Below are positions 55,838-64,000 of a stretch of DNA of 64,000 nucleotides, piece after piece; position 1 is the stretch's first letter, and the number at the start of each line of letters is the position of its first letter. Origin of the DNA: Chloroflexota bacterium (lineage in GTDB: Bacteria; Chloroflexota; UBA11872); NCBI GenBank assembly GCA_028874315.1, contig JAPPKM010000071.1:226-64225 (forward strand). The letters are read 5' to 3'. The notes under the pieces are model-generated. The model was not told where the DNA came from. It saw nothing but the letters and a program-made list of their open reading frames with translations, and did not search any database. Made by a program: the position numbers and the translations under genes.

Positions 55838-56443
55838 CTATGGCTCAACTTTGCCATCCCGAGCTCTCCCGGCGCCTTGGTCAGCGCAACTGTCTGTTGG
55901 CGGCGTCCATTCGTCGCGAAACACGGCGTAGTACACAAGGTCCACGTGTTCTTCTCGCATTTTCCAATGGCCGCGCAAAACCCCCTCGCGGCTCATGCCC
56001 AACTTCTCCATAACGCGCCACGACCGGCTGTTGTCCACGTGCGCCCGTGCGTAGACCTTGTACAGGTTGAAGCGCTGGAATCCCCAGTCGACTACCGCGC
56101 GAGCCGCCTCGGTGGCCAGTCCCTGGCCCCACCAGCGCCTGCCGAGCAGGTATCCGAGTTCGGCTCGTTCGTGCTCCGGACTAACGTGCAGGCTGAGACC
56201 GCCGACGACCCGGTGCCCAAAGACAATGGCGAACTCCGCATCCGTGGACCAGTCGGTCTGAATCTGGCGTTTGACGAACTCAAGCGCGTCGTTGCGGGTG
56301 TAGGGGTCCGGAAGCGGCCGGAAGCGCGAAACGTCGGGATCCGCCGCGTAGGCCCGGACATCGTCGACGTCGGTGATTTCGAATGGCCGAAGCAGGAGGC
56401 GGGCGGTTCGCAGAGTGACCGGTCCATGCTGTCCGCTGCTCAT
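55838..56443 (-). CDS. GNAT-family N-acetyltransferase (RimJ/RimL-like)
   Basis: 'TARLLLRPFEITD' start and 'WWGQGLATEAARAVVDWGF' acetyl-CoA-binding region. Confidence 0.8.
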   Translation of the reverse strand: MSSGQHGPVTLRTARLLLRPFEITDVDDVRAYAADPDVSRFRPLPDPYTRNDALEFVKRQIQTDWSTDAEFAIVFGHRVVGGLSLHVSPEHERAELGYLLGRRWWGQGLATEAARAVVDWGFQRFNLYKVYARAHVDNSRSWRVMEKLGMSREGVLRGHWKMREEHVDLVYYAVFRDEWTPPTDSCADQGAGRARDGKVEP

Positions 56444-56588
56444 CGAACGTCTTCCGACTACTTCTTCAGACGCCGCGCAGAAGCAAACTTACGTCGAAGG
56501 CTCAATCGGCGCATGTCGCGACCAGACCTACGCGACGACGGGTCGGGGGCTTTGGTGGTCGGTCGCGTCGGCAGTAGGTGGGATGCGG

Positions 56589-57026
56589 TTACGACGTGCG
56601 ACGCAAGACGCGGGCTAGAGGGGCGATGAGCCTGTGGGAGAGGGCGCGAACACGCTGGAAGCGGCGGTAGAGGCCGATGTAGGTGAATGCCAGCATGATG
56701 AGGTAGCCCGGCCAGTTGAAGACGAAGCTTGTAAGGGCGCGCATGAGCTCGACGGGACCGTCGCCGGTGGCTCCGCTTGAGAGGGCGGCCAGGAAGAAGA
56801 ACGGCAGCAATACCAGGGCGCCGATGGCCATCTGGCCCAGCAGACCAACGACGGGCAGGAAGATGACGTACAGAACGGCGCGAATGCGACGCATCACGCG
56901 GTCAATGTCGTAATCCTCGACCCGACCTTCGCGGCGATCCTGGTAGGAGTCGTATCCGCAGTGCCGGCAAGTGGACGAACGGGCGGCGGTGTGGCGTCCG
57001 CAATTGGTGCAGGTGATGGTGCCCAC
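56589..57026 (-). CDS. Zinc-ribbon membrane protein (hypothetical)
   Basis: ORF 56589..57245. GTG at 57026 follows GAGG. 'CTNCGRH…CRHCGY' is followed by hydrophobic helices. Confidence 0.45.
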   Translation of the reverse strand: MGTITCTNCGRHTAARSSTCRHCGYDSYQDRREGRVEDYDIDRVMRRIRAVLYVIFLPVVGLLGQMAIGALVLLPFFFLAALSSGATGDGPVELMRALTSFVFNWPGYLIMLAFTYIGLYRRFQRVRALSHRLIAPLARVLRRTS

Positions 57027-57205
57027 TACGTGATGCCTCGTGCCAGCGGCCACCTGATTCTGACGCGTAGGGAAAATTCCGACAAGTAGGCGCGCAGGCG
57101 GCGCACAGTGTGCCGCTGGTGGTCTAGCCAGGCCGCGGTGGACGCGAGCGCTGCGGTAGTGCCTAAAATGCTCGCTCCGCCGCCTGTTGCCAGGGGAGGC
57201 AAGTG

Positions 57206-58030
57206 ATGAAGATCGTCCGCTATGCATCGAACGCCGGGCCGGCACATGGCTCGCTCGACGAAAACGGATCCGTGTATGCCATCAGCGGAGACATCTTTGG
57301 CGACGTTGATGTTGGCGGCCGGGTGGCGGACGCGGATGATCTGACGCTGCTGGCGCCGGTGGACCCCCCGAAGCTGATTGGCGTCGGCGGCAACTACCTG
57401 GCCCACCTTGAAGAAGGTGGCGACGATGCGTTTGTTCCGCAGTTCCCGATGGTCTTCCAGCTTCCATCGACGTCGGTGATTGGGCCCGGCGATTCAATTG
57501 TGATTCCAGATAAGGCTGGTTTCACGCACGCCGTGAACAATCGGGAGCTTCAAGACGAACCGTTCAACCCGGTGGACTACGAGTCCGAGCTGGTCGCTGT
57601 GATTGGCAAGCCCTGCCACCGCATCGGCCCGGACGAGGCGCTGGACTACGTGCTGGGCTATAGCTGCGGCAATGACGTGAGCGCCCGCCCGTTGCAGTTG
57701 GCGGAAATGGCGACCGGCGTGTTGATGCTGGGCAAAGGCCTGGAGACGTTCAAGCCACTGGGTCCGGTCATTGCCACAGATCTGGATCCCACGAATCTCA
57801 GGCTGAGAGGTCGGCACAACGGCGTTGTCACGCAGGACACGAGCACGTCCGACTTGCTGTTCAGCGTGGCCTCGTTGGTTACCTACCTGGCACAGGCCAT
57901 CCGGCTGGAACCCGGCGACTGCATCTACACGGGGACGCCGTCGGGCGGCGGATTCCTGGTACCGGGCGACACGATTGAGGTTGAAATCGACGGAATCGGC
58001 GTGCTGAGCAATCCGGTGGTGGCGGGTTAG
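57206..58030 (+). CDS. Fumarylacetoacetate hydrolase (FAH) family protein
   Basis: MKIVRY… start. 'YESELVAVIGK' and 'GDCIYTGTPSG' are FAH blocks. Confidence 0.85.
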   Translation: MKIVRYASNAGPAHGSLDENGSVYAISGDIFGDVDVGGRVADADDLTLLAPVDPPKLIGVGGNYLAHLEEGGDDAFVPQFPMVFQLPSTSVIGPGDSIVIPDKAGFTHAVNNRELQDEPFNPVDYESELVAVIGKPCHRIGPDEALDYVLGYSCGNDVSARPLQLAEMATGVLMLGKGLETFKPLGPVIATDLDPTNLRLRGRHNGVVTQDTSTSDLLFSVASLVTYLAQAIRLEPGDCIYTGTPSGGGFLVPGDTIEVEIDGIGVLSNPVVAG

Positions 58031-58039
58031 GCCAAAGGC

Positions 58040-59140
58040 CTAGGATCGGCTGCCGTCCACGCGGCGTTCGGCGAGCCAGTCGTCGCGGTATTCGAGGCCG
58101 AATCCGGGGCGATCGGGGACCTGGACCATGCCCTCGACAATGCGGATGGGTTCGACCCAGCAATCGTCGTGGGTGCTGCCACCGGCTTCGAGGTAAATGC
58201 TGTTCGTCATAGCGGCGAGCAGTTGGGCGTTGTGCTGCCAGCCGCTGTGCGTGGCGATGCGGACGTTGTAGGCGTCGGCCAGAGCGGCCATTTCCATGAT
58301 TTCCATCACGCCGCCGGCGCGGCGGGCGTCTGGCTGGAGGATGTCGACGCCCCGCTGCGCAAGCAGGTCGAGCACGGCGTGTTTGCCGTAGATGTTCTCG
58401 CCGGTGGCAATGGGGACTGAAACGGCGGCGCGGAGTTCGCCGTATTCGGCGTTCATCCAGGGGCGCAGGGGTTCTTCGTACCAGTAGATGTCGTAAGGCT
58501 CGTAGGCGTTGCCGCGGCGGATGGCTTCATCCACCGGATGGATCTGGTTGGCATCCACCATGACGTGGATGTCCGAGCCAAGCGCGTTGCGGACAGCTTC
58601 GAGGCGGCGCACATCGTCGGCAGGATCCGGCGATCCGACCTTGATCTTTACGGCGCCGTAGCCTGCGTCGATCGCGCGCTGACATTGCGCGACGAGTTCG
58701 TTCACGGGGAAGTTGAGCCAGCCGACCATTCCGTAGGCGGGAATCTCACGTCGGTATTGGCCCAGAAGCTGGGCCACCGACGTGTCGCGGGTCTTGCCGA
58801 GGATGTCCCAGACGCAATAGTCGATGACGGAGATTCCAAAGACGCCGAGGCCGCTGACGCCGTAATACTCGGTGTGGTCAAACAGGTGTTGACGTAGGCG
58901 GCGCGGCATGGAGGCGTCCTGGCCGACGACAAGCTGGCGCATTTCGACTTCAAAGAGCTGACGCGTGAGTTCACCGCCGTAGCCCGCAATGTTGAGGGTG
59001 TAGGTGCCGTAGACGCCGCTCTCGGTGTGCAGGCGCACGATGAGATCGCGGCCGGAGGCGATGCGGTGGATGGAGTCTTCGATGACGCGCAGCGGGCCGG
59101 GCTGTTGGATGACGATGGTCTCAAGCTCGGTGATTCGCAT
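58040..59140 (-). CDS. Enolase-superfamily enzyme (mandelate racemase/muconate lactonizing family)
   Basis: 'MRITELETIVIQ' start, 'VMVDANQ', 'WYEEP' and 'ATGE' metal-ligand blocks. Confidence 0.85.
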   Translation of the reverse strand: MRITELETIVIQQPGPLRVIEDSIHRIASGRDLIVRLHTESGVYGTYTLNIAGYGGELTRQLFEVEMRQLVVGQDASMPRRLRQHLFDHTEYYGVSGLGVFGISVIDYCVWDILGKTRDTSVAQLLGQYRREIPAYGMVGWLNFPVNELVAQCQRAIDAGYGAVKIKVGSPDPADDVRRLEAVRNALGSDIHVMVDANQIHPVDEAIRRGNAYEPYDIYWYEEPLRPWMNAEYGELRAAVSVPIATGENIYGKHAVLDLLAQRGVDILQPDARRAGGVMEIMEMAALADAYNVRIATHSGWQHNAQLLAAMTNSIYLEAGGSTHDDCWVEPIRIVEGMVQVPDRPGFGLEYRDDWLAERRVDGSRS

Positions 59141-59330
59141 GTGGCCTCGCAGTGGCTCGGGATACGAACCGAGGGCGCCTTTCGGATGGTGCAGTCTAGT
59201 CGCTCAGTCTGTCTGAACACGTTGACATAAATTTCACCTTCGGTGTGAAACAGGCGACCGTCGCGAGTCTGTTCCCGGACGTGCCGCGTGCATGTGACGA
59301 TGTGGGCCGGGGTTGAAGGGAGGGGTGGCC

Positions 59331-60362
59331 ATGGCGTCGATTGAGGTGCCGCGGGTGGCGTTTGTGGGTTCGGGTCGCGTCGCGATCGACGGAGTGAAGG
59401 TGCCGGACCCGCTGCCGAATCAGATCCGGGTTCGTACCACGCAGTCACTGATCAGCGCCGGCTCGGAGCGCAACAGCTTTGAGTTGGCCGGCGCCGAAGG
59501 CCGCTTACCTGGATATTCGAGCGTCGGCGTTGTGGACGCGGTCGGGCGGGAGGTGGCCGGCTATCGCGAAGGCGACCGCGTATACGCGACTTCTCCACAC
59601 CAGGGGGCGCACCTGGTTGAAGTGGACAGCCCGCGGGTGGTCGACCAAAAGGAACGCTACCCACCGCCCAGGATTCCCGACTCTGTGACGGACGTGCAGG
59701 CCACGTTTCTGTCGCTGGCCGACGTGGCGCTGCATGGCGTGCGGCGCGGGCGACCGTACATCGGGGACGCGGTTGCGGTCTTCGGCCAGGGCTTGGTTGG
59801 TCAGCTGGTGACGCAGTTCGCGCACATGGTGAATCCCTATCCGCTGATTGGGATCGACCTGGTTGACGAGCGGCTGGAACTGGCTCGGCGGAGTGGCGCA
59901 ACGCATACGGTCAACGCGAGCCGCGAGGACGCCGTGGAACGCGTGATCGAGCTGACGTGCGACGAGGGCGCGAGGGTTGTGTTCATGGTCACGCGCACGC
60001 CGGCGATCCTGCCGGACTGCATGCGGGCCACGGCGGCTGGGGGCACCGTGACCCTGACGGGCAGCCCGCCCGGCATTGTGGAGATCCGGCTGCAAGAGGA
60101 GCTCCTGCGCAAGGAACTGACGATCACTGGCACCTACCAGACCCGGCTCTACCCGCTCACGGCCTACCACATGCAGCGCTGGACCAGGCCGGCGAATCGC
60201 GCCTACATCTACGAACTGATGGGACGGGGCGGCCTGGACGTGAATCACCTCGTGTCGCACCACGTGCCGTACAGCCAGGCGCCGGAAATGTACGCAATGA
60301 TCTCGGGCGGTCCTACCGGCTGGATCGGCATCGTGTTGGACTGGACCGACACGTCGAACTAA
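59331..60362 (+). CDS. Medium-chain (zinc-type) alcohol dehydrogenase family oxidoreductase
   Basis: ATG at 59331 after GGGAGGGG. 'VAVFGQGLVGQL' Rossmann block. Confidence 0.75.
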   Translation: MASIEVPRVAFVGSGRVAIDGVKVPDPLPNQIRVRTTQSLISAGSERNSFELAGAEGRLPGYSSVGVVDAVGREVAGYREGDRVYATSPHQGAHLVEVDSPRVVDQKERYPPPRIPDSVTDVQATFLSLADVALHGVRRGRPYIGDAVAVFGQGLVGQLVTQFAHMVNPYPLIGIDLVDERLELARRSGATHTVNASREDAVERVIELTCDEGARVVFMVTRTPAILPDCMRATAAGGTVTLTGSPPGIVEIRLQEELLRKELTITGTYQTRLYPLTAYHMQRWTRPANRAYIYELMGRGGLDVNHLVSHHVPYSQAPEMYAMISGGPTGWIGIVLDWTDTSN

Positions 60363-60416
60363 TTCTGTTTCGGCGGCGACCCCACGAATCCAGGGCCGCC
60401 GCCGGTCAGCCAGCCA

Positions 60417-61706
60417 TCAGTCCGCGGGTAGACGCGGCATCCAGTCGGGTCGAGGGAGACGGCCTTCGAAACTGTAGTAGGGATCGTCGCGGTCGAGGGG
60501 AAGCTGGACCGTTGTGCCCGTGGCGGCGGACTTATAGATGGCGCGCGTCAGCTCGACGTGCTGCCGCGCGATGCTCTGGGGGAACGGGATCGGTCGGTCC
60601 TCGAGTACGCACGTGGCCCATAGCCGGCTCTGGTGGAGTTGGCTGGGAGCCTCCGGGAACTCCTCGAGACCTTCGCCCAATGCCTCCAGCTCCGCCGCCA
60701 CGCCCGGCGTGTTGGTGGAACCAAAGGAAAGCGTGTGCTTGAACACGCTCTCGCGACCGGTGTTCAGCAGCACGGTCGGCTGCCCCCAGCCCAGGTGTTC
60801 GTGGGTCACAACCATCGAGGCGTTCTGGCCGACAAACTCCCAGCGCGTCTGCTCCGTCTGGGGATGCTGGTGGTGGAGCAGGGAGCCCTGAACGATCCCA
60901 ACGGCGCCGTTGGCATAACGGACCAGGGCCAGGCTGTAGCTGTCGTGCTCGATTTCGCGCAGGAATCCGCCGGAGTAGGCCGTGACTTCGACGATGGGTG
61001 AGCCAAGGGCGAAGAGGAAGGGCTCGATGACGTAGCGGCCGTGGTGGAAAACCGCGCCACCGCCCTCGGTGTCGAACTTCCCGTGCCAGCCACCCATGTA
61101 ATAGGACTGCTGGTGGTACCAGTTGATTTCAATCTTGGCCACGGCCAGCGGGCCCATGAGGCCGCTGGCGATCGCCCGCCGGGCGTGCTGCAGGCCGCGG
61201 GTATAGCGTCCGCCACACTGGGAAGCGTAGGTAACGCCGGCTTTCTCGACGGCCGCCAGGATTTCGTCGGCCTCCTGCACGCTCTTGGCCATCGGGCCTT
61301 CGGTGAAGACGTGCTTGCCGGCCTCGGCGGCGGCCACGACGGGCACGCCGCGGATGGGCGGCGTAGTGAGTACGAGGACGGCATCGATTTCGGGGTCCTT
61401 CAGAAGGGCCTCGTGCCCGTCGTAGGTGCGGATGTCGTTGTCGGCCGCGGCCTGGGCGTGTGCGGCCATCTGCCGGGCGGCGTCCCGAGACGCTTCGTCT
61501 CGGGCGTTGATCGCCAGGGCGCGCTGGCGGGCGGCCTCGGCTGTGTATGCCTCGTGTATGGCCGCGGCGCGATCCTGGGCCATTTGAGGATAGAGATCGG
61601 CCGTGGCCACGATCTGGGCCAGGTCGGTCATGCCAGCGTAGATGTCGGTGTAGAGCCGAGAGATTCCGCCGCAGCCGATGAATCCGACCTTGAGCTTGCG
61701 GTCCAT
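60417..61706 (-). CDS. Gfo/Idh/MocA-family oxidoreductase
   Basis: 'LKVGFIGCGGISRLY' N-terminal Rossmann block. 429 aa. Confidence 0.8.
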   Translation of the reverse strand: MDRKLKVGFIGCGGISRLYTDIYAGMTDLAQIVATADLYPQMAQDRAAAIHEAYTAEAARQRALAINARDEASRDAARQMAAHAQAAADNDIRTYDGHEALLKDPEIDAVLVLTTPPIRGVPVVAAAEAGKHVFTEGPMAKSVQEADEILAAVEKAGVTYASQCGGRYTRGLQHARRAIASGLMGPLAVAKIEINWYHQQSYYMGGWHGKFDTEGGGAVFHHGRYVIEPFLFALGSPIVEVTAYSGGFLREIEHDSYSLALVRYANGAVGIVQGSLLHHQHPQTEQTRWEFVGQNASMVVTHEHLGWGQPTVLLNTGRESVFKHTLSFGSTNTPGVAAELEALGEGLEEFPEAPSQLHQSRLWATCVLEDRPIPFPQSIARQHVELTRAIYKSAATGTTVQLPLDRDDPYYSFEGRLPRPDWMPRLPAD

Positions 61707-61801
61707 GCGCGTGAGCTCCCACCAGCGAGATTGCGGGGATGGTATACGAAACTGGTATGGCTGGCGGCCAGGCCGCCGAGGTTGCTTGGGAGTGCCCGCG
61801 G

Positions 61802-62704
61802 CTAGCCGGCGAAGTTTTCGAAATCGATGCCGGCCATCTCTGCAAAGCGGCCTGACATTACCTCCAGGGCCTCAGGGTTGTTGTCGATGAGGATGAAGCG
61901 GCGGCCGAGCTCATAGGCAGCCTGGCCCAGGGTTCCGCTGCCGGCAAAGCAGTCCAACAGTAGATCACCCGGACGCGACGAGGCCTGCACGATGCGGCGG
62001 ACGATTCCCAGTGGTTTCTGCGTCGGATACCCGGTCCGTTCCTTGCCGTTCGTGGGCACGATGGTGTGCCACCAGGTGTCGGTGGGTAGCTTGCCGAGGG
62101 CCGCCTTCTCCGGGCCCACGAGCCCGGGGGCCATGTAGGGAATGCGTTCGATTTCGTCGGTATTGAAGTAGTAGCAGTCTGAATCACGAACGTAGACCAG
62201 GATGTTGTCGTGTTTGGCTGGCCACCTGCGCTTGGCTCGTGCTCCGTAGTCATAGGCCCAGATGACCTCGTTCAGGAAGCAGTCGCGGCCGAAGACTTCG
62301 TCGAGCAAGACCTTGGCGTAATGCACCTCGCGGTAGTCCAGGTGCAGGTAGAGAGATCCGGTTGGCGCCAGCAGGCGGTGGGCCTCGACCAGTCGCGGTT
62401 CCAGGAATGCCAGGTAGTCGTCGAACTCGTCGACGAAGGTTCGGGTGACGCCCTTCGCGGTGCGATAGCGGCGTCCCTGGAATCCGGTTCGGTCGCCGTC
62501 GGGGTCCTGCTGAGTGCGGAGCTTCGTTCGGGTCTGGTTTCGACCGGTGTTGAACGGAGGGTCGGTGTAGATGAGATTCACGGATGCGGACGGCAACTGC
62601 TTGAGGATCGGCAGGTTGTCGCCGTGAACGACACGGCCCACGGCCACATCGGGCGGCTGCTTGCGGTTCAAGGGTGCCCCGGCGTCTCCTCTTCTGGTTC
62701 CCAC
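61802..62704 (-). CDS. Beta-class N6-adenine/N4-cytosine DNA methyltransferase (no adjacent endonuclease seen)
   Basis: Motif IV 'LIYTDPPFN' precedes motif I 'LLDCFAGSGTLGQAA'. Confidence 0.8.
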   Translation of the reverse strand: MGTRRGDAGAPLNRKQPPDVAVGRVVHGDNLPILKQLPSASVNLIYTDPPFNTGRNQTRTKLRTQQDPDGDRTGFQGRRYRTAKGVTRTFVDEFDDYLAFLEPRLVEAHRLLAPTGSLYLHLDYREVHYAKVLLDEVFGRDCFLNEVIWAYDYGARAKRRWPAKHDNILVYVRDSDCYYFNTDEIERIPYMAPGLVGPEKAALGKLPTDTWWHTIVPTNGKERTGYPTQKPLGIVRRIVQASSRPGDLLLDCFAGSGTLGQAAYELGRRFILIDNNPEALEVMSGRFAEMAGIDFENFAG

Positions 62705-62818
62705 ATCTTGCCGTAGGACGAACGGCCGTCTGCACGGAACGACGCCTGGGGACCCCGCGACGTAGCATACGGGCGAGACACCCGTTCGGCTGGAACGTAG
62801 TCGGAAAGAGCATCACGC

Positions 62819-64000
62819 ATGTCTGCGCTGGCCCTGCAGGGCGGGACGCCCATCCGAAGCGAGCCGTATAACGCCTGGCCCGAATTTGACGAATCTGAAG
62901 TCGAGGCCGTGGTGGATGCGTTGCGAACCGGCAACTGGGCGAGTGGCGAGGGCGACCGAAGCCTCGTCAACTTCGAGCGGTCATTCGCGGCGTATCAAGG
63001 CGCCAGGTACTGCCTGGCGGTGAGCAGCGGGACCAGCGCCCTGGAAATTGCGCTCCGAGCCCTGCGTCTTCCGAGAGGCTCCGAGGTGATGCTCTCGCCC
63101 TACACGTACATGGCCAGCCCGACCGCGGTGCTGAATGTGGGCCTGGTACCGATCTTCGTGGACATGGACCCGGAAACCTACAACATCGATCCAGGCCTGA
63201 TCGAAGCGGCAATTACCGACCGCACTGGCGCCATCATGACCGTGCATTTCGGCGGGCTGGCTTGCGACATGGGGGCGGTCCTCGACATTGCGCGCCGGCA
63301 CGACTTGAAGGTGATCGAAGACGCGGCGCACGCGCACGGGTCAACCTGGAACGATCGCGGACTCGGCACGATCGGCGACGTTGGCTGCTTCAGCCTGGGA
63401 CCCGGCAAGAACCTGACGCCTGGCGTCGGCGGAGCGGTGATGACGAACGATCTTGAGATCTACAAACACGCCATCGCCTATTCCGAGATGGACATCGGCG
63501 GACGCGTGATGCGGTTCGGCGAGATGGGCATCGACGGGCAGGCCGCCGAGCCCGACGAGTGGTTCCCATACAGCTCCGGCAACCGTCGGCTGGGTGGCGT
63601 GCTGGCTGCTCTGGCCAGCGCGCAGTTGGATCGGCTGGAGGGCCAGACCCGCCGACGGTCGGAGAATGGCCGGTACGTGGCCGAGCTTCTGGAAGACGTG
63701 GATGGACTCTCCTCGCGCCGCGAGGACCCCTTCGTAACTCGCAACGCCAACCACCTGCACATCGTGCGCTACGACTCCGAGGGGTTTGACGGGCTAACGC
63801 GGGATCGCTTCGTCGAAGCCATGCAGGCGGAGGGACTGGGAATCCGGTCCGGCTACAGACGTCCCATGAACCGTGCCGACCTGTTCAGCGACCCCAACGG
63901 CGAACTATCGCTGGTCTGGCCTCGCGGCGACGGACCGCCCGACGTGGACTACGCATCCATGCCCTGCCCCCACGCCGAACGCGCCTGCGCGACCGAAGAC
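62819..64000 (+). CDS. DegT/DnrJ/EryC1/StrS-family PLP aminotransferase (3' end beyond the window)
   Basis: The frame is open from ATG 62819 to the window end, so it is absent from the ORF track. 'CLAVSSGTSALEIALRAL', 'VIEDAAHAHG' and 'FSLGPGKNL' (PLP lysine). Confidence 0.85.
   Translation, partial: MSALALQGGTPIRSEPYNAWPEFDESEVEAVVDALRTGNWASGEGDRSLVNFERSFAAYQGARYCLAVSSGTSALEIALRALRLPRGSEVMLSPYTYMASPTAVLNVGLVPIFVDMDPETYNIDPGLIEAAITDRTGAIMTVHFGGLACDMGAVLDIARRHDLKVIEDAAHAHGSTWNDRGLGTIGDVGCFSLGPGKNLTPGVGGAVMTNDLEIYKHAIAYSEMDIGGRVMRFGEMGIDGQAAEPDEWFPYSSGNRRLGGVLAALASAQLDRLEGQTRRRSENGRYVAELLEDVDGLSSRREDPFVTRNANHLHIVRYDSEGFDGLTRDRFVEAMQAEGLGIRSGYRRPMNRADLFSDPNGELSLVWPRGDGPPDVDYASMPCPHAERACATED

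Noticed and set aside
1-64000. CRISPR arrays, rRNA genes, retron/RT or Cas-like genes
   Set aside because: Scanning by eye found no short regularly spaced repeats and no rRNA-like or reverse-transcriptase-like sequence. The only repeats seen are those listed above.

Overview
High-G+C bacterial chromosomal window; the taxon cannot be determined by eye. Three parts are visible. (1) Positions 1-26.3 kb are ordinary backbone. They hold a carbohydrate-utilisation cluster (BNR/sialidase-like protein, beta-propeller glycosidase, two ABC permeases plus a TAT-lipoprotein solute-binding protein, amidohydrolase, GH32 fructosidase). After it come an SDR, a TPP enzyme, MurJ, a split heptose kinase/adenylyltransferase pair, a sugar-phosphate isomerase, an M16 peptidase, a TPR protein, ndk, sucCD and korAB. 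(2) tRNA-Arg(TCT) at 26334-26407 is followed by a tyrosine integrase and a ~26.6 kb island. The island ends at a perfect 40-bp repeat of the tRNA 3' half (52967-53006). Much of the island from about 34 kb onward is visibly AT-richer than the flanks and is packed with defence- or mobile-type genes. These include a replication-relaxation protein, a degenerate AbiEii-like protein and an MmeI-like Type IIG R-M enzyme translationally coupled to a membrane pentapeptide-repeat protein. They also include a HEPN + tandem-OB protein with a nuclease-like neighbour, an Xre-ImmA/IrrE (COG2856) module with an unknown partner and a Ser/Thr kinase, and a second convergent kinase. The distal part carries a two-frame HEPN protein, an IS1-family element with an in-frame stop, three coupled mini-ORFs and a secreted HExxH protein. 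Three copies of a ~645-bp 'small HTH gene + conserved tail' module suggest that the island is a tandem accretion of related elements. Three diverged copies of the MTase 3' end suggest cassette turnover downstream of the R-M gene. (3) Positions 53-64 kb are backbone again: NAD(P)-binding protein, M24 peptidase, GNAT, FAH, enolase-superfamily enzyme, MDR and Gfo/Idh/MocA oxidoreductases, an orphan beta-class DNA methyltransferase, and a DegT-type aminotransferase that runs off the window. All functional calls rest on motif recognition by eye. No searches were run.
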